From Phoronis australis (taxonomy: Eukaryota; Animalia; Phoronida): 64,000 nt of DNA. The notes beneath the pieces were generated by a model. The model saw only the letters and a program-made list of their open reading frames with translations, did no database searches and was not told the origin of the DNA. Shown one piece after another: positions 1-15,400 of this stretch. Position numbers and translations under genes: made by a program. The first letter of the stretch is position 1, and each line of letters starts with the position of its first letter. The stretch spans positions 433,435 to 497,434 of the forward strand of contig NMRA01000098.1 of assembly GCA_002633005.1 (NCBI GenBank), in the 5' to 3' direction.

Positions 1-168
1 CTATCCCCTCCATACCTATCCCCTCCATACCTATCCCCTCCATACCTATCCCCTCCATACCTATCCCCTCCATACCTATCCCCTCCATACCTATCTCCTC
101 CATACCTATCTCCCCCATACCTATCTCCTCTATACCTATGTCCTCCATACCTGTCTCATCCATACCTG
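1..168. repeat. 15-bp minisatellite (CTATCCCCTCCATAC)n, degenerating rightwards
   Basis: About 11 units directly visible. Confidence 0.95.
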
Positions 169-335
169 TGTTGTAGATTGTCGTAACTTCGGTTTTAGTT
201 GGGCAATTTTGGCAATTCAAAAACTAAACATGATCACCATTTGATGAAAATTTCAGAAATGCTATTGTTCAAATATGTTATGACCTAACTTTTATTTCTA
301 GCAGCACAGCACAGTCAGGCTAGATATGATCTTAC

Positions 336-457
336 TGGAGATTAGAGCAATTATCAAACAAAAGAGAGCTGGCCCTCCAACCATAAACACCAGAATGGAG
401 TTCATCAGTCGTGTAAGATATTGTCTACAGGGGTGTTCTTCCCAACTTGTTGTTGGG
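336..457 (-). CDS. Probable coding exon 27: TM5 (PTTSWEEHPCRQYLTRLMNSILVFMVGGPALFCLIIALIS)
   Basis: gattctatag acceptor, A|gtaaga donor, phase 2-1, clear hydrophobic helix. The gene continues beyond the window start. Confidence 0.55.
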
Positions 458-3400
458 CTATAGAATCAAACCAGTTGGGAGCAACGGGAAAACTCCGTAA
501 TGATTTGTTTTACAAACAAGGGAAGTTCAAAAAAATGTATTACAACAATTCGCTTGTAGTGTAGGAATGAGAAACCCCTGCTCTCACCCAGAATACCCGT
601 CTCTGACTGACTGTTTTAAGTACAAGTAATTTAATGGGGATCAGAAGGTTCATTTACATGGGAGATTTCTAGGGACATGCCTCCAACTCAGATGTTCTTT
701 ACTCCCTCAGGTATACGGTTTCTGGAGGGTTTTTCCTGGAGGGTTGAAGGGCCGGGTGGTGCGAAATAGTTGACAATAGCAAAAACTGGTGGTGACCAGG
801 TAGGTATTGCGTAGGGTGGAAGATCATGTCCATCTGAATCTAGAATGCAAGGCACTTCCCACCTATAATACAGATAACAGCCCCCAGGAACAGTTCAATG
901 TGCCAGACATTAAAAAAACACCGCAGGTGGTCTGATCCACATTGGATCAAACGTACCAAGGTCGCTCAGCCTGGCACGTTGCATCAAACACCTGAAGCCA
1001 TTTTCCATTTACAAATAAACACATGTAATGCATAGAGACATTTACACAAATTAAGACAGAGCTGAGAAGAGACAAACTCAAGGGTCTAACAATGGTGTCC
1101 AGTGAGATTTGAATCCAATAACATCGTAAACAGAAGGCGAACACTTGACCCACTAGGCCACACTATCACCTATGCCATACATTACCTGAAGTGCGAGTTC
1201 CTGCAGTTTTCCCATGAACAGCTGACACCTCTCCTTGTTGGCGTTACTCACGTCGTTCTGCCTCTGCATTTCCTGACTAACGTACTGTTGAAGATTGTAC
1301 AGGTCTAGGCGCTGCAGGGAGTCCACAGTAGAGGCATAGGCAGGGTAATGGGATAGCTTCATGAAAGACTCCCTGGAATAGAGTGGCAGTTAACAATTAC
1401 TATGTAAGCTGCACAGATCTAAAAGAGTTCCCGGAATAAATTAAACCAAACATTCCTGAATTCATGAAGATCTTTTCACTTTAGGAGATCATAGCAAACA
1501 CCATGAGGGCAAAAACTTTGTTTATAGATATGATGAAATGTACCGTCTCCTTAGGAATGGATATCTAAACAAAAACAAAGAGGGTGAAAACTTTGATATG
1601 ATGGAATGTACCGTCTCTTTATGAATAGATTTTTAAAAGTTAAGAGATCACCCAATGATTTGAACTTCTTGATGACCAAGTACTATTCTCTTTTAAGACA
1701 GCAAACAAAAATTTTTCTTTTTTCTTTCAAACTAATGTTAATAGTATCCAGAGTAAAAGTTTTATCCCAATTCCATTTCGCAGTTTTGAGTAAATTCGGG
1801 TCATGGTTCTTTATTACAGCAGGTTAGCTTTTTTAATTACATGTTTTAACACTGAATACCAACACAGATTGAATGAAATTAATTGATTGCTTCAATGAAC
1901 AGTCACTACAGCTAGCTTGGCGTATTCAAGTTTGAAATTTAGGATTTTGATTTCATTAAATAAGTGCTGTGGAGGACTTTAACTCATCTCAACACTGAAA
2001 AAATGCAATTACATAACAAAGATCCTCTTTAGCAGTTAAGGTGGAAATCATAGGCCTTGTTTTCACCGAACCCAGTCACCAACACATAGCTTCACCAGAC
2101 CCAACCACCAACACATAGCTTCACCAGACCCAGCCACCAACACACAGCTTCACCAGACCCAACCACTAACACACAGCTTCACCAGACCCAACCACTAACA
2201 CATAGCTTCACCAGACCCAACCACTAACACATAGCTTCACCAGACCCAACCACCAACACATAGCTTCACCAGACCCAGACACTAACACATAGCTTCACCA
2301 GACCCAGTCACCAACACATAGCTTCACCCAAGTCCTTGACAAACCTGTTAATAGCACCCCAGAGCAGAATGAAGACTGTGAATGTCATAAGCAAGGAATA
2401 GGCTGTCCAAAACACTGAGTAGAAGAGAGTGAGCAAGACTCCCCACTTGAGTTTACTTTCACTGGGAAGAGGGTAAGCGTCCTCTGAAATGGCAGATTAG
2501 TAAAATGTAGTGAAAACATTGTGAAATTGTATGAGGTAAACTGTGAAAATGGGACACAGGTACATATCAGGGATAAAAATGTGAAATGGAGAAAAATGTG
2601 AAGACAAGATATATGAGACAAAATCACCATAAATGTGAAAGTTAATCAACTTCAACATCTACTACGTTTAAATCATCAATTTTCTATCAATGTGTAAGCA
2701 AATGTAAAACAAAAGTGAAAATGTGTGAAATTACATGAAGCAATTGAAGACAATTTAAGAATACAATGAATGTGTATATTAAATTATTTTACTAATTTGC
2801 CAGTCTCAACAATTTTGCACCAAGATGTAAAATGTTAAACGAAAGTTAAAATGTGGGTAATTACGTGAATCAAATGATTATGTGAAGACGAGAAATAGAG
2901 AACAGAAAAATTTAATGTAAAATGTGAAAATCTAATACATTAAAATAAATGTCCAATTAAATTATTTATTCATTTCAGTAGCCACCCCACAATTAGCTAC
3001 TGCAGTGCTTACATGTACTCTACTCCACTACAATAGAGTGATCTATAACAACCAACTCACCCATGCTTAGATATCCGAGAGTCCAGAGAATAACGAACAG
3101 CAAAACGAACCCGCACACAGACACAATAAATGTTAATGAAATGTTGACTTCTTCGTTTGCACTCTCCGTCTTCTTGGAACTTTCACCCGCATATTTGTTC
3201 TTTATCCAGTTACCTGGCAAAACATTCACGCAGGTTGAAACGAAATTGGGAAAATTATTTTTGTCTTCGAAAACTCTTAACTGAAACTGCATTTGTTTTA
3301 AAATTTATTAAACAGTGTACAAAACCAACGTCATTTAAACTAAGCTGTCTATCTACACAAAAGTTGTCTCAAAATTTCTTGATCACAATTAGGACTATAT

Positions 3401-6400
3401 TGCTGTTAAAAAAAACCCGTTAAGTGCATCAAAAGTCAAAAGACGTTTTTGAACACAATAGGGATGGCTGGATCTTTTGGAATTTCACTATTTCAATTCA
3501 ATTGCAGATATCTCTTCTCTGAAGCGTATTCCATCACAGCACAGAAAATTTAAGGCCGAAATTTCATTCCACTCAATCTTTAATGAGAACACCAAAAATA
3601 TGTGACATAAGCGCATCAAACCGAACTTAAAACGGCTTTAATCCAAGTTCCATGCATTAATACCACTTACCCATTCGTATAAAATCGGCCAAAACGAATG
3701 TGGTTTCTGGTCTTGCAAAGCTGACAGTTCACTATTGCTAGAGACAACACCACGTGACAAACGTAATGATCAAATGTCAACTTCCTCGTCTCTGGCAACA
3801 ACAAACTGTAAGTTCTTTTCCAAGCCCAGATATCACAACTATTTGGACTAAGAAATAATTTGAGACCAATCTGGTAATAGCATGTGGTCTAAATCAAAAG
3901 TTTTAGTGACGTCTGCTTCTGTGAAGCTTGTTTTGGTGTAGGTTTTTGTCGGGATTGTTTTAGTGGGAGTTCCTTTTCATGCTGGTCGTTTTTTATGACA
4001 GTTGTTTTTATGATGGATACTTTTTGTGCGAGTTATTTGTGGTGGTTGTCTTTGTGGCGGTTGTGTTTTGTGGTATTTGTTTTATGACTGTTGTCACATA
4101 TGTCATTATTTTGTGATTGTTGTTTTTGTGTGACGGTTGTTTTCAGTGAAACTTTATTGTCACTTTAAAAATTTCCCTTCAATTGCTATGATAGCATCAG
4201 TATCAAACTTCGTCAATGCGAGATGACTGAATTGAAATGGCCAAACTTTAAAAAAGGCCGCGAGAGAAATTTCCGAGACCATTTGATAGCTGTAAATGGA
4301 CTCATTTTTTTTCTCGCCAGCTTCAACAAAAGCAAAATGTATTGTAACAAAATACAACTAATGAAGAATTCCGTTCATCCGTTCATAAAAATTAAAATAC
4401 TTTTTCACAGTGGTGTAATGTGAGCTATGAAATACAAGACTTTGAATTTAGAGGAATAGTCCATTCGAATTTAGGACACTGAAATTTGACAGAAAAAAGG
4501 TGACATGTTCACAGCATCTCTCAGAGAAGGTTATGGTTCCAAACGAAACCATTTCCATGATTGTAAACATCAATAAATTAATTTCTTTATAATCAAATGT
4601 TACTTTGTTCCTAAGTTTTACAGCCAAAACCTGAAATTAACAGTCTTGTTACATCCTGTGAATTATAGCACGCACATGGGTTACAAACAGTAAAATCTCA
4701 CCAAATTCAGACAAAAATAATTGACAAAATTGCCCTTTTCTCAATTTTCAATGTCTCCTTACATTGTTGTGAGAGCCCACAAGTTTCTCTGATAGCAGAT
4801 ATTATACAAAACTTGAACATGGCAAAGCAATGATTTGGTGATACATATTTTATATGAAAAAAATGAGCAAATAAAATTTCAAGTCTCAGCTATATCGCAT
4901 CCTAAACTAATAAAGATTTTACTTTATGCAGGAACAACAAGTTCCAGGAAAAATGCAACATCTAAAATAAAGAAATTTTTATACTTTTAGATCAATACTA
5001 AAATCTTACTGCTTTTCCTCCATTTGCCGGCCACTATCTTATACTCTTCCTTGGATACGGATGGCTTCCATAGTAACTTCTTCACAACCACCTTTTTACT
5101 GTCACGCAAACTCAGAGTAAAACGTCGCTCAAATGACATTTTTCTGGTGGTTGGTATAGAAAACTGCATGGTGAACTCCTTGGGACAGTCAATACCCAGG
5201 TCGTAGTTGTAGATAGGTTCTGTTGGATAGGTGTCATCATGGAGTTGGAGGTGTACAAAACCTGATGGTGGAAATAATGATGATACAGATATTGATATCA
5301 AGGCTAGAAGAACTAGTGGGAAATGTAACAATATCAATGTTGGTGGTGGTACTGACATCAGTACCTTCACACCTTCCTTAAGTAAAAAAGGGGAAATACA
5401 TACAACCTTGACATCAGATTGGAATATGGATTCTGAAACTGATACTGATTCCGATACTGCAATGGATTCTGATACTGATATGGACTCTGATAGTGAAACG
5501 GATTCAAGCGTCACAATTTATTATTCAGTTTGCAACGCACTTGACAATGTTATGTCTTGAACACATTATACGTTGGGCCTGTGGCCTTATGTATATAGTA
5601 AAAATGCTTTACATATGAACAATTATCAATATTGTAAATGAACACAACAGAGGTTATACTGATAACTGCTGAAAGTACAAAGAAACAAATCAAAATAAGA
5701 CTAAGAGCAAAATTGATTCTGTCAGTACTGAACTCGGGATAAAAGTCAACCATGAAATTCATTGGGGCACTTTCACTCAACTGGAAGATAGGACACATTT
5801 TGGGCACAGGTAGTCAAAACCAACAGGGGGTAATCAAACAATTTTTGCCAGGACCACAAAGTCTTTGTTAAGCTGGGGTCAAATAAGTGGAGAATGATCT
5901 TGGTAATCCATGATAATAAACACTAGGTCTAATTCAAAATTCTTACACAAAATCTAAAGCCATTTTGCAGAGCACATACTCCTCAAGGCTCAAATGCAGG
6001 TGTAAAGAATGGATAATTGTGAACATAGTCTGTTTCGTAGCCGGCGTCAGTGTTCAGCGATTGTTGCCGGGACATTTATATGCAAATGAACTGCTGTGCT
6101 GGCCGGGTGCATTCAAATGTTCAACCTGGGTGCGGCAGTCGCGAGCCAGCCGTGACAGTGTAGATGAGTTAGAAGCTGTTCACAGAAAGTGGAACGTTTG
6201 TGTCTACAGTAGACTTGGGACATTCAGCGGAAAAAGATGATGAGGTCGGATGCTGACCACAAAAGACTGTGCACGGACTGTGTGAAATAAGATGGACTCT
6301 TGACTCAGTAATATTAGTTTGGGGTGCCACGTGGAGAGTGGTCTACCCAGTGACAAAACTTATTAATTGTGTGTAAATGTTCGTTTTTGAATGTTGAAGC

Positions 6401-9400
6401 TTCATTAAATATTATTTCTTTTAAACTTAATGTTTTCTATAAAATTGTCTCATTTAAGTCACGCCGTAACAGCAGGTAACAGTAATAGTGGACCAACATC
6501 AAACAGGGTGTTCTCAAAATAAACGCCGCATACCTGGACACGACTCGATCATTGCAGACACTTGAATGGACCACTTGTCGAAGTCTCGACTAATGCTGGC
6601 AACGACATTGCTCTCCACCAAGTTTGCCTTGCCGTACATGTGTTCCAGAACAGACTCGTTTCGACGCACTGTGATCGTCAATCTAGGAGTCTGGTCGCTA
6701 CTTCGGATCTTATACCTCGGGAGTTTGCCCTCGTAGGTCTTATCAAACTTGATCTTAAGGCGGGGAATTCTGTCGAATACGCCACTGTCGCCCAGACTGT
6801 CGCTGATAGTCAGATTGGCGATCTTCTCCTCACTCGACCCTTCCTGTTCTGAGAAAAAAATTAAGCAAGCCAATTAACAACAGGGTTATACACATAAATG
6901 TTCTACACCATTGATACACTTTATAGCACTGAAATTCTTAAAAAGTTTCTGAACACTATGTAAATGCCAATTGAATTGTTAAACAACAAAAACAATAAAA
7001 CGTTAATAACAGTTGCAAAAACAATAATAGTAATAATATAACACGAGTGTGAATGAGTGCATGAAAGTTCTTCCCCTTCCCCTTCCCCTTTCCTCTATTC
7101 CTCTTTTATAATAATCTCAAGTAAACTGTACGCTCAATCACCACGACTTATTTTCAAAATATTCATTTTTGCTGTATGATGCATATAGATATTTAGGTTG
7201 TAAGGATAACGTAGCTGGGGCAACTCAACCCCAGCCATATTCACTAATCATTNATGTTATGTCTTGGAACACGTTATACGTTAGGCCTGTGGCCTTATGT
7301 ATATAGTAAAAATGCTTTGCATATGAACGATTATCAATATTGTTAATGAACACACCAGAGGTTATACTGATAACTGCTAAAAGTATAAAGAAACAAATCA
7401 AAATAAGACTTAGAGCAAAATTGATTCTGTCAGTACTGAACTCGGGATAAAAGTCAACCATGAAATTCAGTGGGGCACGTTCACTCAACTGGAAGATAGG
7501 ACACATTTTGGGCACAGGTAGTTAAAACCAACAGGGGGTAATCAAAAATTTTTGCCAGGACCATAAAGTCTTTGTTAAGCTGGGGTCAAATAAATGGAGA
7601 ATGATCTTGGTAATCCGTGATAATAAACACTAGTCTAATTCAAAAGTCTTACACAAAATCAAAAGCCATTTTGCAGAGCACATACTCCTCAAGGCAAAGA
7701 ATGGATAATTGTGAACATAGTTTTCAGCGATTGTTGCCGGGACAATTATATGCAAATGAACTGCTGTGTTGGCCGGGTGCATTCAAATGTTTGACCTGGG
7801 TGCGGCAGTCGCGAGCCAGCCGTGACACAGTGTAGATGTGTTAGAAGCTGTTCACAAAAAGTGGAACGTTTGTGTATACAGTAGACTTGGGGACATTCAG
7901 CGGACAAAGATGATGAGGTCGGATGCTGACCACAAAAGACTGTGCACGGACTGTGTGAAATAAGATGGACTCTTGACTCAGTAGTATTAGTTTGGGGTGC
8001 CACGTGGAGAGTGGTCTACCCAGTGAGAAAACTTATTAATTGTGTGTAAATGTTCGTTTTTGAATGTTGAAGCTTCATTAAATATTATTTCTTTTAAACT
8101 TAATGTTTTCTATTAAATTGTCTCATTAAAGTCACGCCGTAACAGCAGGTAACAGCAATAGTGGACCAACATCAAACAGGGTGTTCTCAAAATAAACGCC
8201 GCATACCTGGACACGACTCGATCATTGCGGACACTTGAATGGACCACTTGTCGAAGTCTCGACTAATGCTGGCAACGACATTGCTCTCCACCAAGTTTGC
8301 CTTGCCGTACATGTGTTCCAGAACAGACTCGTTTCGACGCACTGTGATCGTCAATCTAGGAGTCTGGTCGCTACTTCGGATCTTATACCTCGGGAGTTTG
8401 CCCTCGTAGGTCTTATCAAACTTGATCTTAAGGCGGGGAATTCTGTCGAATACGCCACTGTCGCCCAGACTGTCGCTGATAGTCAGATTGGCGATCTTCT
8501 CCTCACTCGACCCTTCCTGTTCTGAGAAAAAAATTAAGCAAGCCAATTAACAACAGGGTTATACACATAAATGTTCTACACCATCGATACACTTTATAGC
8601 ACTGAAATTCTTAAGAAGTTTCTGAACACTATGTAAATGCCACTTGAATTATTAAACAACAAAAACAATAAAACGTTAATAACAGTTGCAAAAACAATAA
8701 TAATAATAATATAACACGAGTGTGAATGAGTGCATGAAAGTTCTTCCCCTTCCCCTTCCCCTTCCCTCTATTCCTCTTTTATAATAATCTCAAGTAAACT
8801 GTACGCTCAATCACCACGACTTATTTTCAAAATATTCATTTTTGCTGTATGATGCATATAGATATTTAGGTTGTAAGGATAACGTAGCTGGGGCAACTCA
8901 ACCCCAGCCATATTCACTAATCATTAGCAAAGATTCCTGGGTAATGTATGAACTGGAAATTAAAAACAATGACATAATGCGAGTGACAAATATTTTAACT
9001 CCTCATCAAACCTTCAAGAACTTACTCCAACTCTGTGTGTTGACACTGAACGGTTTCAGTGGTCTGACATAGACAGAACTGCCAGACATGGTGCCACTGG
9101 AGATGGGTGTTCCCTGTGGTGAATAAAGGCCGGCCTCCATGATCGGTAGTCCATCCGATCCATTTTTGTCGGTTCTGCCCTTCACGACGTCCGGAATCCT
9201 ATCCAGGCCCGTCCGTAGCTCCAACTCAAAAATGCCTTCTCTGCATATTACAAACCGATAATCAGAATATAAACTGGATAAATTTTCTTAGTGTTAGTTC
9301 ATGGTACATGTAAGCCCAGCCTTAGATGCAAAAAAGCTGTTGCAACTTCCTAGTTGAACTAAGGTAGATGACCTTCATTGTCCAGCTTGGATTCCCTTGA

Positions 9401-12400
9401 TTGGCAATTCATTTGTTCAGTTCTCAGTCAGGTTCCAATTAAACCAGAAATAACAAAGTTTATTCAGCAATCAGGCAACCATTTTAAAGGTAACCATGAC
9501 ACGCAGAACATTGATCACATGACTTGACATCACATGACTTGACATTACTGCCTTAGAATGCTGATGCATCATTGTCAAAATTAATCACAAACAATAAAAT
9601 AGTACACGTCAAAAGTAATCAGACAAAATCTTGTTGCCCAACGACAGCTTATTTTGTTTCCTAGCTGTGAAAATGATCAGTAATTGATTGTTGCTGCAGC
9701 AGAAAATCCCATCTATAGAGCATTCAAAATATTAAAATTAAAGATTTCTCCTGAATTAATCATCATTGCTGAACATGATGGTCTGTTGCTATGACGATGA
9801 ATTCCACTTGGACCAACCGTTATGATGGAGAATTCCATCTGATTCTGTCTCTCTACATCTGCTGTGTTAATCTGCTCTAATACTACTCCATACACTGTTT
9901 TACCTGCTACGCCTTGTGACAATATGGTCCATTTTGTGTATCCTTGCCACTGATTTCATTTTGTTCAGTGCCTTCTGTTTGTAACTAATGTCATAACTGA
10001 ACTTGTACCAATATTCAGAGAGCAGTGGCTGTACATGACATGTGAACTTGGTCTTTTCGTACGGTGGAATGGGTCGAAGGACAAACTCGGCAATGGAACC
10101 ACGGCGACATCTGCAGTACATTGAAGAATACATGTTACTTATAACCAATGAGAATTGCGGCGGTCTGATGGTGGTTTTGGCAGTGGGGTTATTTATTATG
10201 GTGATGGTGACCATGGTGGCAATGACAATGGCAACATGGTGGGGATGATGACAGTTGTTAGGGTGGTGGCAAAGGTTGTCATGGTGACAGTGGTGGCAAT
10301 GGCAATATGTCAATTCCCCTAGCGCAGATGGTGATGATTGTAGTGAAGACCTTGGTGGTGATGGGAATATTAATTAAACACTTTCAGGACAATGTTCAAA
10401 TCAGTTACAAACAATGTCCTTGGTCTCACCTGACAGGGAGGCAGTCTCCTTTGTTATAGTTCCTACAGATGTATGTGCAGTTAGTCTCCACACAGCAGTC
10501 AAAACACATCTTTAACCGGGTCGACTGCCTCTCGTCTGATCCGTTGGTGGATAGGCCACACCAGCCGTCTCGTTTTCTTGTGATGCGTGTTGAGCACGTC
10601 TTCACGCAAGCATCACAGTTGGCATTGTCACGTGCACATCTGGATGAGTAACAGATAAAAAAATTAATATTCCTATGGTGTTTCACAGCCCTAAAGTTGA
10701 AATTTCTATCAAGCTCTGCAAGCACAAGGATCCACTGTGGCAATTTTTCCATAAGTGTTACACAGAATTAAAAAGAAACTTTGGCCAAGCTAGAAGATTG
10801 GTGACCTCTCAGTTACATCTTCCTCCAATCACATGCTTATTTAAATAATGTCCACACGCTATCTTAGCCAGGGCTTGGAATGACCAATGACAAAAAAAGA
10901 GGAAAAATAATGATAAAAGAGACGAAAAAGAGGAAACTGGAAATCAAAGAGGAAATCGAAAACAAAGAAGAGGAAATCCTCTTAAAATAGGAAAATTCCA
11001 AGCCCTGCTTAGTGCTGGCTCAAACCCCATCCACACAGTATGTTGCTGCTGGTTTAAAACAGTCCACACAGAGAGAATGTTGGCATTCAGTGTAACCTGA
11101 AGACACAGGATTAATTGTACACTATACTGTTGTTGGTGCTGGCAACATCTAACTTTCCTATTCATAACAACACAAATGCATATACACTCACATCTAACTG
11201 GACCACTTATTTCATTACAGCACCACTACTATCCCCTATAACCCACCATCAGGGGACTGATGGTTGATTCATGTGATCAATTAAAAGACTACAGCAATGC
11301 CTGATCATACCAGATTATACCCTGTAATGACCAGCACCAAATGGCCCAATTTAAGCAAAGCCTTCGCTAACAAAAGACTGAATAGATAGTCACCAGTTTA
11401 CTACTAAGCTGAACACGGTTCACTAAACCCAGGGGGGACAGCAATGACTGTCTTGAAAAGACAACACCTGCACGTGGTGACTGCCATACTGTACTTACTG
11501 TGGCAAAGGTTCCACAAGGATGGTTTTAGCACTGTTGAGTGCGTCACTGAGCCCGAACTTATCGGTAAGAGGAGTGGCTTGGAGGCTGAAAAAGCTAGAC
11601 TTCCTTGTTCTGTCGTTGGAGGAGGGAACAGAGCCAAACTTCTTGTAAGTGACACATGGCTTCACCTCAGCAGTGTATGCTTCCATTGGATCTACGTAGG
11701 CACTGGTCTTGTCCTGGCCAATAAGAACATCACCATCAACAGGCTTCACAAGGAAAATTCAAAACTAAATGTAAAAAAGTGTGGCAAATGATGGCTGCAT
11801 GTGTGAGTTAACGTGTAACAAAGTGGATACTATATTTGAGGAGGACAATCTTTTCTAACAGTTGTCGATTAGCGCGCCTCAAATTTAGTCCTAACTTTTC
11901 CTATTAGTGTTGACGAGGGCAACAGGGAGTATTTTTTTTAGAGCAATTTAAGTGACCTGGAGGTAGTTATAAGCCAGAACAGGGTTAAGTGTCCACATAA
12001 CTTACATTATGCCTCACTACAGTCAACTGGTACATGTCTGGGATGGGGTAGGGGCAGTATCTTTTCAGTAGGGTCATGTTGAAGCCATCATTCTCTGTGT
12101 CCAGTGAGTGATTGACCACACTAAAAGATGGCAGAATGTTCAACTTCTCCATCGTGATTGAGATCTCTAGTCCAGTGCCTAGCAACAGTAAACAAAAAAT
12201 GTAAAACAGAAGAGATTAACTGGTATTTTTATGCAAGGACAATGTCATCACTCATCAGAATGACATCATCAGAATCCAATGTTATGCTCGGGGCCGATGT
12301 TGAGAGGGAAAAAGAAAATTGGAAACTTTTTCAATGATCATTGGTTGCTGTACACAATTAAGTTTAGCCATTAGAAACATTGTTGAGTACGGTAAGAGGT

Positions 12401-15400
12401 TGGTAAAACAAAATAAAGCTTATCATATGATTCAACTCTGAGTGCCACAAAAATGTCAGTGCTACCTGTTCGCCAATCACTGTTTTCACCGATACTTCAA
12501 CCCACTGTTCTTTTTGATAAGATTGCGCACAGTTCACAAAAAATTACAAGTCAAAGTGATTACACTTCATAATAGCCCAATACATTAAAAATAACAAAAA
12601 GGCTTTAAAATACAAAACCCTACCTCTCTTGATGTGGTACTGCCCACTTTTAACTGTAGAGTGACTGTAGTAAACGCTGAATACATTATCCCGGTGCAAT
12701 AACCTGCGATCTTCAACTACTACATTGGCCGAAGGCTTCCCACTTGACAACAGGTCTTTACCTTAAAGAAACAAAATCGGATACTTAAAGTTGCTACAAA
12801 CCAGAATTCCGTTAAAAAATAAGATCTGATTCAAACTGTGGATTACTATATTATTTAAAAGGGGTCTGAACCACTCAGATCAAAACTGAGATTTCTAGGA
12901 TTGGGAAGAACCGATAGTTCACGGTTACTTGAGAGATTGAAACTTGACAATGACGCTTGATCGAGCTTGTCATTTTTGGAAACAAAGGCAATATGGTAGG
13001 CATACTAGGAGGTTATAAGAAGGAACACCAAATGGAGCTCTAGCTGTTAGACTGGCCATAACGCTTTGGTGCACGAAATATCTAGCAGGAATAATCTGAT
13101 ATTTTAGCTAAACATAACCATAAAACTGAGGCTTGACAATGAAGTTTACAAAGAAAAATTCTTGTCTACTGAGTAGCACAAGCACAAATCTGAAATTTGC
13201 TAAAGCTCCCCACTATAGGTAAAGGGTCTCCATCCAACCTCTTTTCAGCTGTATAACGACAGGAAATGCAAACGAAAAATTGACACTATTGATATTCCAA
13301 AGGAGGCTGACTGTAAAGTCCAAATGACAACTGCAGGCATCTTTTCATCTTTTATCAATTAGTTTTAGTGGGCAGGGGGGTTCACCCTGCATGTACCCCT
13401 AAATTATTCTAAGCCTTGATGCTTAGTAACATGACCATACTTTTACACTCTCTGTCTGTGTGGTTAGTACAGGGCGAGAACTCAAACTTGTCTGGTGTGC
13501 ACTTGGCTTCGCATGCTGTACACAAGATGTCCTCGGCCTCATCACAATACGAAGTAATGTAGCTCTCTGGTGGACAAAACTCCTTACACTCTGTTGAAAA
13601 GATAAAAAATGAATTACCAGTTCGTGAACGACAGAAGGGCTATGGCAAAATGGCCAATATCGTGTAAAATAATATGAACGATTATCAGTTCCTAAGACAA
13701 CTTAGTGCAGATTCTGTTTAAAAATAATATTATATATAAATCAATTGTTAGCCTATTAACTTATTTCTGTGACAGAAGTTGACAAGACTTCACAAAATAA
13801 AGCATGGTAAAATCTTATCAATTTGGGACACAGCATGGAAGAAAAAAAATTTTGCATCCTCATTTCTTCATAAAAGACAACTAGCATAAACTTAATGCTT
13901 TACAATGTTCAAGTCCTGTACCACAGCTACCATCAAAAATATTTTGAAAACTGTCGGGCATTCACAAATTGTAAGAAGACTTTGAAAGACGAAAAACGGG
14001 TGATCTTAACAATTATTATCGTCCAAAATTGATGAGATTTTACCGCAAGAACACCACCCCTGAGTATATGAATGATGGATGAACTATACTTGTATCTACA
14101 GAAAAACCATTTACCAAATACAGCAAGGAACTACGGCAGGAGGGAAAAGGAAGAAGCTGAAGTTAACATGTTGCACAATGCAAAGCAAAATACCACTTGC
14201 AAATTTTCCTCAAATAAAACAAAACATTGAACTTGTTCTTGTAAACAGTAAGACATGTATAAAAATCGGACACCAGCCGAGTCGGATGTTGAAGAACTGT
14301 ACAAGCTTATCCCTAACTATTTTAGAAAGAGCCAAACATGGTAATACCAAAAATGGCATCATGGAAAATAAACTGAATTGAAATAGATAACTAACTTATG
14401 AATGAATTGTCAAATTTCATCAATTTTGGTTAATTTTTAATGAAAACATTGTCATAGCAACAATTGATTTGAATGTGTTACCACAGAGAAGACAACAACC
14501 AGGCAACAACGGAGTATTCACAACATTACTTATCAACAAACATTCATCAATATTTTAGCCTAAAAATATTCACCTGCTTTACTTATGAATAATATATTTA
14601 ATAAGACATGCATACTTCAACTGGAGACAGAAAAATCAGCTACATTTTAAATAGATCAACGCACGAACTAAAACTCTAAAATATTTTCAGCTTTTTTCCT
14701 TATTCATTAAGTATGAACTCATTACACGACTGTGTGCTTGGACACATTTTGGTTTACAGGGATGAGTCTTTAATACATTTATTAGCATTAGGGGAATAAA
14801 GTTTAAGTCAGAACTTTAAGTCTTAAGCAATGGACACTAAAATATAGGGGTTATCCAGTTCAAATTTGGACGAGATAGTTCATCTGACGGTGAGTGTGCA
14901 AATCCCACACTCAAAGCAAACATGTCTGGCTAATTTTCAAAATTGTTATTAAAAGCATCTTTTTTGATTTATGTCTCAGTGGGTTTTCATAGTAACTTCT
15001 ACAAAGCAAAACGAGTCTTGATGAAATGTGCAGTACATTTACAGCAAGTGAGCTCCAATACACAACAATTAAAACATTGGTTAAAGGTGTCCCTGCATTA
15101 TCATTGGTCTAACTTCACAGACTCCAACAAAACTTAACACAATTAGTTCACAGAATATTACACATGGTGCTATATACATAGTTTTCCGTCAATCAAAGTT
15201 TCAGCAGAAGTATCTTATAAGAAACAACGTGGAAATGTACAAACTTTAATGAACGGCATTAGATTACATAGAGAAGCTTGAAAGCAGGGGTCTGATTCAT
15301 GAAGAAAGACTCAAGACTCAAATCAAAAATTTGGTCTTACACTCCACACATCTACTTCTGTACAACAAAATTTCAACATTAAAAGGCTAAATATTGTTTA

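Larger units (their letters stand above)
5547..8925. repeat. ~1.7 kb tandem near-duplication (5547-7252 / 7254-8925) joined by a single N
   Basis: Near-identical copies with SNPs and small indels. The N at 7253 lies exactly at the junction. Confidence 0.95.

Noticed and set aside
824-862. Alternative terminal exon VGSALHSRFRWT-TGA or selenocysteine read-through
   Set aside because: No SECIS-like structure seen, and a downstream TM-coding exon suggests the gene continues. Not fully excluded as an alternative end.
4987-5560. Long Ser/Asp-repeat ORFs (SESISVSES / DSDTD) as protein
   Set aside because: They come from an intronic low-complexity 6-mer tract. Only 5010-5261 has splice support.
11027-11096. 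Cys-rich candidate exon (YTECQHSLCVDCFKPAATYCVDG) on the minus strand
   Set aside because: Phases 1-0 do not fit the flanking exons, which join directly in phase 2.
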